The notes beneath the pieces were generated by a model. It did not search any database, had not been told where the DNA came from, and saw only the letters and a program-made list of their open reading frames with translations. A stretch of 64,000 nucleotides of DNA, from the IMG/VR virus record IMGVR_UViG_3300022660_000063, positions 1-64,000 of that record; one strand, given 5' to 3'. The first letter of the stretch is position 1, and every line of letters begins with the position of its first letter. This document shows positions 1 to 9,398 of this stretch, one piece after another. The stretch is from a virus. Taxonomy: Duplodnaviria > Heunggongvirae > Uroviricota > Caudoviricetes. The position numbers were made by a program, and so were the translations under genes.

Positions 1-22
1 GGAAGACAACTAAAAGTGTTAG

Positions 23-706
23 ACCAGATATAACCAACACTTAAAAGCATCTGAAATATATGCTCAAGAACATAGAAATCTATCATTACTTTATGAGGCA
101 ATTAATAAATATGGTAAGTGTAATTTCGGTGTCGAGACAATTGACACTGCCTCTACTATAGAAGAGTTAAATAAGAAAGAGATTTATTGAATAAAGTTTT
201 ATAGAGACTCATTTGGCAAAGAGTTTTGTTACAATATGGCATCGGGTGGAGATGGTGGGGATACAAACTCTGGCAAGACCCAATCAAAGGAATGGATAGC
301 TAAACGCTTGGCTAGTAGAGAAACTTATGATGTATCAGATGAAACTCGTGAGAAACAAAGACTAGCACATTTAAATCAAGTACCTTGGAATAAAGGCAAG
401 AAAATGTCAGCAGAGTATTGTGAGAAATGTAGAGAACGGAGTAAAGGTAACACTAATCATTTAGGGCATAAAGCAACTGAATTACAGAGAAAGCGTATGA
501 GTGACTCACATAAAGGTCAGATACCTTGGAATAAAGGTTTGAAGGGGTGTATTACCCAGTCAGAAGAAACAAAGAAAAAACGAGCAGATAAATTAAGAGG
601 GACTATTGGTATTAATGATGGCACCAAAAATACTCGAGTACCTAAAGAATACTTAGACAAGTATTTAAATGCAGGATGGTCGATTGGTTGATTAAAGAAA
701 AAATAG
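23..706 (+). CDS. GIY-YIG homing endonuclease, C-terminal part of catalytic domain plus NUMOD3-type DNA-binding repeats; 5' partial, possible frameshift near pos 20-30; two in-frame TGA (188-190, 689-691) read as Trp
   Basis: Translation gives '...LLYEAINKYGKCNFGVETIDTASTIEELNKKEIY[TGA=W]IKFYRDSFGKEFCYNMASGG', matching the I-TevI-like motif 'E.fWI..l....GYNi'. Two 'HxxSEETKxK / IPWNKG' NUMOD3-like repeats follow. ORF 236..691 continues through TGA to TAG at 704-706. Confidence 0.6.
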
Positions 707-1218
707 TATTTAATTCTAATCAAATAAAAGTTAAAGAGAGATTAGAAGAATCTTTAAGTAGCAGCAAACTAAATTTAAGTGAATACAATATAAAAGATAT
801 TTTGATAAATAACCCAGATTTATATAGAATATTATATGATGCTAGAATAGATAAGTATATGATAGGTAATTCATATGATATAATACATAGAGATTTAATA
901 ATAGATGCTTATAAGAAAGGTTATTATGAAAGTCAAAAAGATTTCATAGAAACTTTTGGCGCTATTGATAACTATATTGAAATAGGTTTAGATGGTTATT
1001 ATAATAAAGAGTTAGTAAATGAAACCATTGAACCTTTTATGTATCCGTTAGTATTTATTCCAAAAGGTAAAGAAGAAGAGATAGACATAGAAGCTGCTGA
1101 TGGTTATATAGAATTATTTGAATATGATTTTGGATATATCTTATCAAGAGAGAATGATTTTAGAGGAACAAGTTTGTATGATATATTAGTAGAACTAGTG
1201 TCAACTAAATACTTATAA
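676..1218 (+). CDS. hypothetical protein
   Basis: 180-aa ORF with no recognised motif; start uncertain, overlaps the homing-endonuclease 3' end. Confidence 0.4.
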   Translation: MVDWLIKEKIVFNSNQIKVKERLEESLSSSKLNLSEYNIKDILINNPDLYRILYDARIDKYMIGNSYDIIHRDLIIDAYKKGYYESQKDFIETFGAIDNYIEIGLDGYYNKELVNETIEPFMYPLVFIPKGKEEEIDIEAADGYIELFEYDFGYILSRENDFRGTSLYDILVELVSTKYL

Positions 1219-1249
1219 ACTGTATAATATATTAAGGAGATAAGAAAAG

Positions 1250-1969
1250 ATGATTAGTAATGATAAAAATTATATTAAAGAAATCGTAACAGATTTAGAA
1301 AAGCTTTCTAACAGATGTGATGAGGTAGATGTTAGAAAGAACAATGAAGCAGTTAGAGAAACAGTTGTTGAATTAAAACAAACTTTAAGAGAAAGTAAAA
1401 ATGGTGTAGGATTAGCTGCTCCACAAATTGGTAAAAAAGAAAGAATATTTGTAATCAATTTTAATGGGGATATTAGAGCATTTATCAACCCAATTATAAC
1501 TCAAACAAAAGGTATGAGTATTAATAGAGAGGGATGTTTAAGTTTACCAGGTAAAGAATATTTAGTGCCAAGATACAATCAAATTGAAGTTATGTACCAA
1601 ACTGCATTAGGTAAACCAGAGTCAAGAAGAATGGTTGGTATGGCTGCTTATGTATTCCAACATGAATTAGATCATTTAGAAGGCATCACACTTGCTGATA
1701 TTGGTCTTGAAGTTGGAGAAGATTTTGATAATGCTACTGATGAAGAAAGACAGCAAATTGTTGAGATGTATTTAGAATCTTTAGATTTGAAAAGAAAAGA
1801 ATTACAAAAAGAAATTGAAGAGGACCCAGAGTTAAAACAAACTGCAGATGCAATTGATTTTATGACTAAAGTACAAAAAGGTGAAGTTCAAGTAGAAGTA
1901 AATCAAGTAGATAATGAAACTCATGGACAAATTGCTGATAAAGTAGCTGAAGGGTTAAAAGAAGAATAA
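1250..1969 (+). CDS. def: peptide deformylase with acidic C-terminal extension
   Basis: Motifs GVGLAAPQIG, EGCLSLPG and QHELDHLEG (the three PDF signature motifs); RBS AAGGAG upstream. Confidence 0.85.
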   Translation: MISNDKNYIKEIVTDLEKLSNRCDEVDVRKNNEAVRETVVELKQTLRESKNGVGLAAPQIGKKERIFVINFNGDIRAFINPIITQTKGMSINREGCLSLPGKEYLVPRYNQIEVMYQTALGKPESRRMVGMAAYVFQHELDHLEGITLADIGLEVGEDFDNATDEERQQIVEMYLESLDLKRKELQKEIEEDPELKQTADAIDFMTKVQKGEVQVEVNQVDNETHGQIADKVAEGLKEE

Positions 1970-2502
1970 TGCAGTATTTTATTAGTGATACACATTTCTT
2001 CCATGAAAATGTAATTAGAATTTGTAATAGACCTTTTATAGATTTAGAAAGAATGCATGCGGTTCTAATACATAATTGGAATAAAAAAGTAAAACCTGAA
2101 GATGAGATTTATATATTAGGTGATTTATCTTACAAATGTCCAAATGGTGGTTATCAGCAGTTATTTACTTTAATTAAAAACTTAAATGGTAAGAAACATT
2201 TAATAATAGGCAATCATGATAGTAAATGGTTAAAAAGCTATAATAATCAATGTAAAGAAAAACTGTTTGAATCTATACAAATGTATAAAGATATCTATGA
2301 TGACAAAAATAGAAGAATTATAATGTTCCACTATCCTATAGAAGATTGGGATGGAATGTATAGAGGTAGTTATCATTTATATGGACATGTGCATAATGCA
2401 GATAATGGGTATAAAGTTATTCCAAATAGATTTAATGTTGGCGCAGATGTAATAGATTTTGAACCTAAAACACTTGATGAATTGATAGAAATAAACAAAT
2501 AA
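1969..2502 (+). CDS. calcineurin-like metallophosphoesterase (candidate RNA-end phosphatase/phosphodiesterase)
   Basis: DTHFFH, ILGDLSYK, IIGNHDSKW and YHLYGHVHN motifs (MPE blocks D-x-H, GD, GNHD, GHxH). Confidence 0.7.
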   Translation: MQYFISDTHFFHENVIRICNRPFIDLERMHAVLIHNWNKKVKPEDEIYILGDLSYKCPNGGYQQLFTLIKNLNGKKHLIIGNHDSKWLKSYNNQCKEKLFESIQMYKDIYDDKNRRIIMFHYPIEDWDGMYRGSYHLYGHVHNADNGYKVIPNRFNVGADVIDFEPKTLDELIEINK

Positions 2503-2535
2503 AATTGAAGTTTTAAATACTTCAATTTTTTATTT
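2501..2535 (+). terminator. intrinsic terminator hairpin
   Basis: aaaattgaag / cttcaatttt perfect 10-bp stem, 9-nt loop, followed by a T-run. Confidence 0.5.
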
Positions 2536-2538
2536 AAC

Positions 2539-2550
2539 TGCTAAATTTAT
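2539..2550 (+). promoter_or_regulatory. TGCTAAATTTAT motif (candidate late promoter element), copy 1
   Basis: One of 5 copies of this 12-mer; here 26 nt upstream of the ATG of a fiber-like gene. Confidence 0.4.
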
Positions 2551-2576
2551 TAGATGATAAATCAAGGAGACTTTAA

Positions 2577-3824
2577 ATGAATAATAGAATAAGATTAGCA
2601 AGAGGGACTTCAGATAAAAGAAAAGCAAGTGACTTAGAAATAGTCCCAGGTCAATTATTTTTCGAGACTGACACGAATTTATTATATTCAACTACCAACA
2701 ATAAAAACACCCCTCTTAAAAATGCTACAAGTATTTATAATAAAAATTTTATAGTATCTCTAGATAAACCTATACATCAAGATAATTTTGATATGTGGGC
2801 TAGTTTTAATTCTATAATAGATTCTTTTATAGGGGATTGGATTGGAGAAACAGTTGTATCTTCTACTAGAACAGATTTTATTAAATTTAAATATAACAAC
2901 GCAGGTCAAGTATATTTCAATATAAGTTGGAATGGATATTATGGTCATACTATTTTAGTAGATGATTCAAATCCTCCAATTTATTTTAAAACAGAAACTA
3001 ATAAGTTGATATTTCATTTTAAATTTACTCACCCACAGACTACCCTTACATATTATGGTAGATTAACTTTAAGTTCTGTTTCAGATAATGAGTCAATAAA
3101 TGCCTTATACGAATATGATAACCCAATAAATGGTTGGGAATCTATACTTAATTTAAATTTACTTAAACAAGAAGAAGATATAGAAGGCGATTTTGCGAAT
3201 TTAGATTATTCTAAACCAGTTGCATTAATGTATAAATACAATGAGGACTATGTAAATTATGTGCCAGAATTGGCAACTAATGTTGTAAATGCAATAAGGA
3301 ATAATGATGGAGAAAACAAAAGCTTAACTCTAAATAAAAATATATTGAATATAAATAATGCACCTTTAACTAACTATGATTATGACACAACAAACATACC
3401 TTATACAACATTATTATACACATTAGATTCTAGAGATGGTAATTATACCCCAGCAACTTTTTCTGATAATTTATACATAAAATTAGGTCAGTATGAGAGT
3501 CTTAATATTGAATTGATGATTAGAAGTACTTATACTTCTAATGGTGAATCTTTTACTTCCACGCATAAATTATCTTTTGATAATATAAATACTAGCACCT
3601 TTAGTTCAAGTTCTGTTTTAATACATAGTTACAATGAGGGAAATCAACTTATATCCTATATATTTACATGTAGATTATATGATTATGATTCAGCAACTGG
3701 CACTTATAGAATTGATTTTGGTCATGATGCTGGAACATTGATTTGGAAAAATACAAGTGCTTCATCAGACTACACAAATACAATTTCGATAGATTCAAGC
3801 TCAGTTAAAAGAGTATTTAAATAA
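2577..3824 (+). CDS. tail-fiber-like protein (conserved phage fiber N-terminal motif)
   Basis: N-terminus 'RIRLARGTSDKRKASDLEIVPGQLFFETDTNLLY' matches the widespread fiber N-terminal motif (RGT..w...n.vL..GElg.eTDT..l); remainder Asn/Thr/Ser-rich. Confidence 0.5.
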   Translation: MNNRIRLARGTSDKRKASDLEIVPGQLFFETDTNLLYSTTNNKNTPLKNATSIYNKNFIVSLDKPIHQDNFDMWASFNSIIDSFIGDWIGETVVSSTRTDFIKFKYNNAGQVYFNISWNGYYGHTILVDDSNPPIYFKTETNKLIFHFKFTHPQTTLTYYGRLTLSSVSDNESINALYEYDNPINGWESILNLNLLKQEEDIEGDFANLDYSKPVALMYKYNEDYVNYVPELATNVVNAIRNNDGENKSLTLNKNILNINNAPLTNYDYDTTNIPYTTLLYTLDSRDGNYTPATFSDNLYIKLGQYESLNIELMIRSTYTSNGESFTSTHKLSFDNINTSTFSSSSVLIHSYNEGNQLISYIFTCRLYDYDSATGTYRIDFGHDAGTLIWKNTSASSDYTNTISIDSSSVKRVFK

Positions 3825-4411
3825 TGAACAAGATACAATTAAATGGAATAATAAAAAATATAGAATATTCTCATTATATACAAGATATAGAATTTTATAA
3901 AGCTAATCTAATAACTAGAAGAGAAAATGGAAAAGAAGATATTATAAATTTAAAATTTAAAAAGTTTTCAAACCCATATAAAGAAAATCAAGAAATATCT
4001 ATTCTAGGTAATATTAGAACTTTTAATAGACAAGAAGAAGATAGAAATAAAGTAGAATTATTTGTATTTACTTATTTTGATGAAGCAGAAGAAAGTCCTA
4101 ATAATCTCGCATACATAGATGGTAGAATATGTAAAAAGAATAATTTAAGAAAAACATCATCTGGAAAAGATGTTTTAGATTTTATATTAGCAAACAATAT
4201 AGAAAATAATGGGCAAGTATTAAATGTATATTTACCTTGTGTTGCATGAGGGAAGTGTGCTAAGGCATTAAATAAATTAAATGTTGGGGACAAGATTTTA
4301 ATTCAAGGTCAATTACAATCGAGAGAGTATAAAAAGAGATTAACAGAAACTGATTATGAGATACGAGTTTGTCATGAACTGAGTGTAAATACTTTTGAAA
4401 CTTTACAGTAA
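3824..4411 (+). CDS. ssb: single-stranded DNA-binding protein (OB fold) with in-frame TGA=Trp at 4247-4249
   Basis: ORF 3824..4249 continues in frame through TGA: '...LPCVA[W]GKCAKALNKLNVGDKILIQGQLQSREYKKRLTETDYEIRV...'. This matches SSB 'CVtWrrqAEn....kKGs.v.v.GrLqtR.Y', whose Trp is invariant. Confidence 0.8.
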
Positions 4412-4517
4412 AAAGTTTACATAGGAGTTTACTATATTCTTTTTATTCTAAAAGGATTAATAAAATAAATATACTACTAAGTTTACATTAATAGTAAACT
4501 ATTAAGGATAATTTAAG

Positions 4518-4892
4518 ATGGAATTTAAATATTATTATGTACAAACATATTCAGATACACTAAATATAGAAAATTTGGGTAATTGTTTTATAGAGGCGTT
4601 CAGTGATAAAGGTGTTAAAGTATATTTATGGATAAGAACAGAATTAGGCTTTTCTAAAATACTTGAAGCTGGCCCTTATATAGATGATGGGAATATACCT
4701 TGCAAAGTTTGTGATATATCATTCTTTCAAACAGAGTTCTCCGAATCAAAGATAATAAAGAGAATTCAGAGTTTTTTGAATATGCCAAGGTATGCTATAA
4801 CTCAAGCATTTGATAAACAAGAAGAATATTCGGAAGAAGAGAAATTTCAAAAACTGTATAATATTATAAATTATATGGAGAAAGAAAACTAA
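4518..4892 (+). CDS. hypothetical protein
   Basis: 124-aa ORF, RBS present, no motif recognised. Confidence 0.4.
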   Translation: MEFKYYYVQTYSDTLNIENLGNCFIEAFSDKGVKVYLWIRTELGFSKILEAGPYIDDGNIPCKVCDISFFQTEFSESKIIKRIQSFLNMPRYAITQAFDKQEEYSEEEKFQKLYNIINYMEKEN

Positions 4893-5095
4893 TGCAAGAA
4901 GAAATAATAAGAGATTTTTATGGTAAAATTATAGGTTATATTCAAACTGATGATAAAGGAAATAAAGTCATAAGAGATTTTTATCGTAGGATACTTGGTA
5001 GATATGATAAAGCATCTAATGTTACAAGGGATTTTTATGGTAGGATAATTGCTAGAGGGGATCAAGCTTCTGGCCTATTGTATAGAGGAAAATAA
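4892..5095 (+). CDS. small protein with three 'RDFYG(K/R)II' repeats
   Basis: Triple internal repeat RDFYGKIIGYI / RDFYRRILGRY / RDFYGRIIARG. Confidence 0.4.
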   Translation: MQEEIIRDFYGKIIGYIQTDDKGNKVIRDFYRRILGRYDKASNVTRDFYGRIIARGDQASGLLYRGK

Positions 5096-5586
5096 TGAGA
5101 TTTTTAAGAGAAAATTCAAACATAGCTTTATATCAAGAAATTTTAAATTTATTTGATAATCAAATAAGCTTTGGTTATTTTGGTGGGGCTGCTTATATAC
5201 TGAAGGATGGTGAATATTTAAATATAGAGGAAGGATCTCACATGTGAGTAGATGATTTTCTTTATGATAATAATTTAATAGAGACTTCACCATTCGAACT
5301 AGACAAACTTATTCTTATAGACGATTTTAATTGCATAAGAGTAAATGATGGAGTATTAACAGATTCAGATCCTTACATAGAATTACCTACGAAATTACCT
5401 ACTTATTCTCAACTAGATACGTTAGAAAATTGGCTGACTAAATATCCTATTATATGAATAGGTATTAGAGGAGATAGAAAAGCTGGTAAGTATTTTAATA
5501 CAAAAGATATTTTACCAGAAGATATTATAAAAAAGATAAAAAGATATTATAGTTCTGGTATATTATACGAGAATTATAAGATATAA
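5095..5586 (+). CDS. hypothetical protein (163 aa), visible only when TGA is read as Trp (two in-frame TGA at 5245 and 5455)
   Basis: ATG at 5095 overlaps the previous stop (TAATG); continuous reading frame to TAA 5584-5586 with RBS-like GAGG upstream. In standard code this is a gene-free gap in an otherwise gapless region. Confidence 0.5.
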
Positions 5587-5610
5587 ATTCAAAGAAAAGG
5601 AGATATAGTA

Positions 5611-5668
5611 GTTCTTATGAACATTTAAAACGTTTATAAGAACTATTTTATTCACTGTATAAATCATA
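5611..5668 (+). promoter_or_regulatory. hairpin plus extended -10 (TGTATAAAT) upstream of nrdD
   Basis: Inverted repeat agttcttat...ataagaact followed by cactgTGtATAAAT. Confidence 0.35.
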
Positions 5669-5680
5669 AGGAGGATATCA

Positions 5681-8600
5681 ATGCAAATTATAAAACGAGA
5701 TGGATCAAAGCAAAAATTTGATGAGTATAAAATATGGAAAGCAATATTAGGTTGTTTTGAAGATTGTTGTCCTAAAGGTGAGTATGTTAATGATGGTGTG
5801 ATAACAGAATTAACAAATAAAGTAACACAACAATTAGATAAAAGAAAAAATTATACTGTAGAACAAATTCAAGATATTGTAGAACTAACTTTGATGGAAG
5901 CTAATAAATATGAACAAGCAAAAGCATACATAGAATATAGACAATTACATAAACTAGCTAGAAATAGTTATACTGAACTAATGAATAAAGTTAAAGCTAA
6001 ACTAGAAGCAAAGAATGTAGAAAATTCAAATGCAAACCTAGATGAAAATACTTTCAGTGGAAGAGAGAAAGAAGCATTTGGAACTATATTAAAAGAATAT
6101 GCACTTAATAATTTAGTATCAGAAACTACTAGAAATAATCATATTAATAATGAAATTTATATACATGATTTAGATGCTTATGCAAGTGGTATGCATAATT
6201 GTTTATCAATTCCTTTAGATGATTTATTAGCAAAAGGATTTAAAGTTAAACAGACAGATATAAGACCTGCTGGAACAGTAAATACAGCGATGCAATTGTC
6301 AGCTGTTATAATGCAATTACAAAGTTTATGTCAATTTGGTGGTGTATCATATACTCACTTTGATTGGTCAATGGTCCCTTATGTAAGAAAGAGTTTTTAT
6401 AAACATTATAAAGAAGGATTATATTGGTTCGGTAATGAAAAGTATTTAGAAGGAATTACAAAAGAAACTTCTATAATTGACGAAAAATATAAACTAAATC
6501 AAGATGCTTATGAATATGCTATGAGACAAACTGAAAAAGAAACACATCAAGCAGTTGAAGCATTATATCACAATTTAAATTCATTACAATCAAGAAGTGG
6601 ACAACAACTACCATTTAGCTCTATAAATTATGGAACTTGCACTTTACCAGAAGGTAGAATGATAACAGAAGAATTGTTAAATGTATCTATTGAAGGTTTA
6701 GGAAAATATCATAGAACAAGTATATTCCCTTGTGGTATATTCCAGTGCATGAAAGGTGTTAACAGAAAACCGGGCGATCCAAATTATGACTTATTTAAGT
6801 TAGCATTAAAATCAACTTCAAAGAGATTGTATCCAAATTATGCCTCAGTTGATTGGAGTGGTAATGCAGGTTACGATGTAAATGATCCAAAAACATATTT
6901 TAGTACAATGGGTGCTTTGAGTGGTCATGAACATCTAACAGTTAAAATAGGAAATGAAGAACCTATTGACTTATCTATCAGAGACTTATTTGATTATTGT
7001 AAAACAGATGATTTACAAAATTATAAGAAAACACAGATTTGGTATAACAGAGAAAAATTAAATGAAGAGCCTTTAGGTAGACATTATCAAGAAAAATCTG
7101 GATTACCTAATCTACCAGGTGTTTATTCAATAACTTATTTACCAGAAGATGTCACATATATTGGAAGTTCAAGTTCTATTTCTAGAAGATGCGCTGAGCA
7201 TAAATGTGCTATAGGCAAAACAGGTGGGATTGATGCAGGAATAAATTTTGGGGATATTGATACAGCTAATTATGAATTTAAAGTATTAGAAATAACTGAA
7301 GATTATAAAGAAGCTGAAAACCTTTATATTCAAAAGAATGCAAATATAAATCCTAGAGGAACAGATAAGAAATATTATAAGTTAATTACTCAAAAATCTA
7401 GGCATAGAGTATATGATAGACCTGTATTTAAAGTTGATTTGAGTAAAAAACAAGAATTGATTGATTTATCTGAATTTGATATTAAAGTATTAGATAGAGA
7501 TAATAAATGGGTAAAGATCAAACATATCTTTAAAAATGATAAATTAAATACTCCGTATATGATGCATATCTATTACAAAGAATACGATAAAGAATATTGT
7601 TTGTCTTGTACTGAAGATCACCCTCTATGGACAGGAGATAAATTTACAAGAGCAGATCAATTAAAAATAGGTGATAAACTTTATAGAGCTGATAATTTAG
7701 AGTTAGAAATAACTGATATATGTTGGCATTGGGAAGCAGTTGATAGCTACGATATAGGTACTGAAACTGGTTCATTTATAGGTTCAGATATTATAATGCA
7801 TAACTGTAGAACTGCAAATGGTTGGGATATTAATGGTTTAAAACAACAAAAAGATGGTAGAGGAAATATTGCACCTACTACTATTATATTACCAACAATA
7901 GCAATGAAATCTAAAGAATGTACAAGAGCTTCAGAAGAATCAGATATAGATGTATTTATGAGATTACTTGAATGTAAAATAAATGAAGCAAAAGACTCTT
8001 TGATAGAAAGATTTGAGCATATCTGTAGCCAATCACCTAAATCAGCCCCATTTATGTATGAAAATAACACAATGGCTGGTTATATTCCAGAAGAAGGAAT
8101 TAGGAGTGCTTTAAAACATGGAACATTAGTTATAGGTCAATTAGGTCTTGCTGAATGTTTACAAATATTAATTGGAAAAGACCATACTACAAAAGAAGGT
8201 ATGGAACTTGCTAAAAAGATAGAACAATTATTTAAAGATAAATGTGCTTATTTTAAAGAACAATATAAATTAAATTTTGGTGTTTATTATACTCCTGCAG
8301 AATCTTTATGTAAAACTGCTATGACTAAATTTAAAGAAAAATATGGTATTATTCCAAATATATCTGATAGAAAATATTTTACTAATTCAATGCATGTTCC
8401 AGTATACCATAACATAAATGCTTTTGATAAAATAGATATTGAAAGTCAATTAACAGGTTATTCTTCAGCTGGGTGTATTACTTATGTAGAATTAGATTCA
8501 TCTTCAATTCATAATATAGAAGCTATTGAAAAATTAGTTAATTATGCTATGGATAAAGATATACCTTACTTTGCTATAAACGTACCAAATGATGTTTGTA

Positions 8601-8776
8601 TGGACTGCGGACATCAAGAAGAAATGAATGATAAATGTCCAGAATGTGGTTCAGATAATATTGAAAGATTAAGAAGAGTTACAGGATATGTTTCTACAGA
8701 TTATCATAATTTTAATGAAGGTAAGATAGCGGAAGTAGAAGATAGAGTCAAACACACAGGAGTTCCTATTGAATAA
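5681..8776 (+). CDS. nrdD: anaerobic (class III) ribonucleoside-triphosphate reductase, interrupted by an in-frame intein
   Basis: 1031 aa (about 300 aa longer than typical). C-terminal glycyl-radical motif 'RRVTGYVSTDY' and Cys4 Zn site 'CMDCGH...CPECG'; internal intein/endonuclease segment (see next feature). Confidence 0.9.
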   Translation: MQIIKRDGSKQKFDEYKIWKAILGCFEDCCPKGEYVNDGVITELTNKVTQQLDKRKNYTVEQIQDIVELTLMEANKYEQAKAYIEYRQLHKLARNSYTELMNKVKAKLEAKNVENSNANLDENTFSGREKEAFGTILKEYALNNLVSETTRNNHINNEIYIHDLDAYASGMHNCLSIPLDDLLAKGFKVKQTDIRPAGTVNTAMQLSAVIMQLQSLCQFGGVSYTHFDWSMVPYVRKSFYKHYKEGLYWFGNEKYLEGITKETSIIDEKYKLNQDAYEYAMRQTEKETHQAVEALYHNLNSLQSRSGQQLPFSSINYGTCTLPEGRMITEELLNVSIEGLGKYHRTSIFPCGIFQCMKGVNRKPGDPNYDLFKLALKSTSKRLYPNYASVDWSGNAGYDVNDPKTYFSTMGALSGHEHLTVKIGNEEPIDLSIRDLFDYCKTDDLQNYKKTQIWYNREKLNEEPLGRHYQEKSGLPNLPGVYSITYLPEDVTYIGSSSSISRRCAEHKCAIGKTGGIDAGINFGDIDTANYEFKVLEITEDYKEAENLYIQKNANINPRGTDKKYYKLITQKSRHRVYDRPVFKVDLSKKQELIDLSEFDIKVLDRDNKWVKIKHIFKNDKLNTPYMMHIYYKEYDKEYCLSCTEDHPLWTGDKFTRADQLKIGDKLYRADNLELEITDICWHWEAVDSYDIGTETGSFIGSDIIMHNCRTANGWDINGLKQQKDGRGNIAPTTIILPTIAMKSKECTRASEESDIDVFMRLLECKINEAKDSLIERFEHICSQSPKSAPFMYENNTMAGYIPEEGIRSALKHGTLVIGQLGLAECLQILIGKDHTTKEGMELAKKIEQLFKDKCAYFKEQYKLNFGVYYTPAESLCKTAMTKFKEKYGIIPNISDRKYFTNSMHVPVYHNINAFDKIDIESQLTGYSSAGCITYVELDSSSIHNIEAIEKLVNYAMDKDIPYFAINVPNDVCMDCGHQEEMNDKCPECGSDNIERLRRVTGYVSTDYHNFNEGKIAEVEDRVKHTGVPIE
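6914..7804 (+). mobile_element. intein (about 297 aa) inside NrdD carrying a GIY-YIG endonuclease domain
   Basis: Block A-like 'ALSGHEHLTVKIGNEEPIDLSIRDL' and block B-like 'TEDHPLWTGDKFTRADQLKIGDKL'. Block F/G 'SYDIGTETGSFIGSDIIMHN' followed by Cys+1 'CRTANGW'. In between lies 'GVYSITYLPEDVTYIGSSSSISRRCAEHK' (GIY-YIG). N-terminal boundary is approximate (Ala1 at 6914 or Ser1 at 6920). Confidence 0.6.
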
Positions 8777-8813
8777 AATATTAAATTGATTTATTAAATC
8801 AATCTTAGCAGGA

Positions 8814-9398
8814 ATGTTTATAGGGATAGGCTGTTTAGCCTATCTATCATCTCCTGATAAAATAGTGGGTGCTTTCTTATTTACTGTAGGATTATTTGTT
8901 ATACTTACTTTTAAATTAAATTTATTCACAGGTAAGATTTGTTATGTTATAGAAAAGAAAAATTATTTAGAAGTAGTTATAACTTTACTTGGTAATTTTA
9001 TAGGAACATTATTACTAGCTTTAATGTGTAGAGCTACACGGTTAATTAATCTAATAGAGTATGCAAATGCAATATGTGAAATCAAATTAAGTGATTCCTA
9101 TATAAGTTTATTTATACTCGGAATTTTATGTAACATATTAATTTATATAGCGGTAGAAGGATACAATAAGTTCAAAGATATAAGAGGTATTTTATCTCTT
9201 TTCTTTGGAGTTATTATCTTTGTAGTTATAGGATTAGAACACTGTATTGCAGACATGTTTTACTTTAATTTTACTTTTATATATTCTTGAGAGGTATTAT
9301 TAAGATTATTAATTATAGTTTTAGGAAACGGTATAGGTGGAATAAGTATAAGATATTTATTTAGGAGACGTAATGAAATTTTTAAAGGAAGAGATTAA
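8814..9398 (+). CDS. formate/nitrite transporter (FNT, FocA/NirC-like) channel, compact 6-TM form; in-frame TGA=Trp at 9288-9290
   Basis: FNT signatures 'GAFLFTVGLFVILTFKLNLFTG', 'GILCNILIYIAV', 'IGLEHCIADMFYF' (FEHsIANMF) and, after the TGA, 'LGNGIGG' (LGNIVGG). Start uncertain: in-frame upstream sequence '..NWFIKSILAG' continues the TM1 pattern. Confidence 0.75.
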
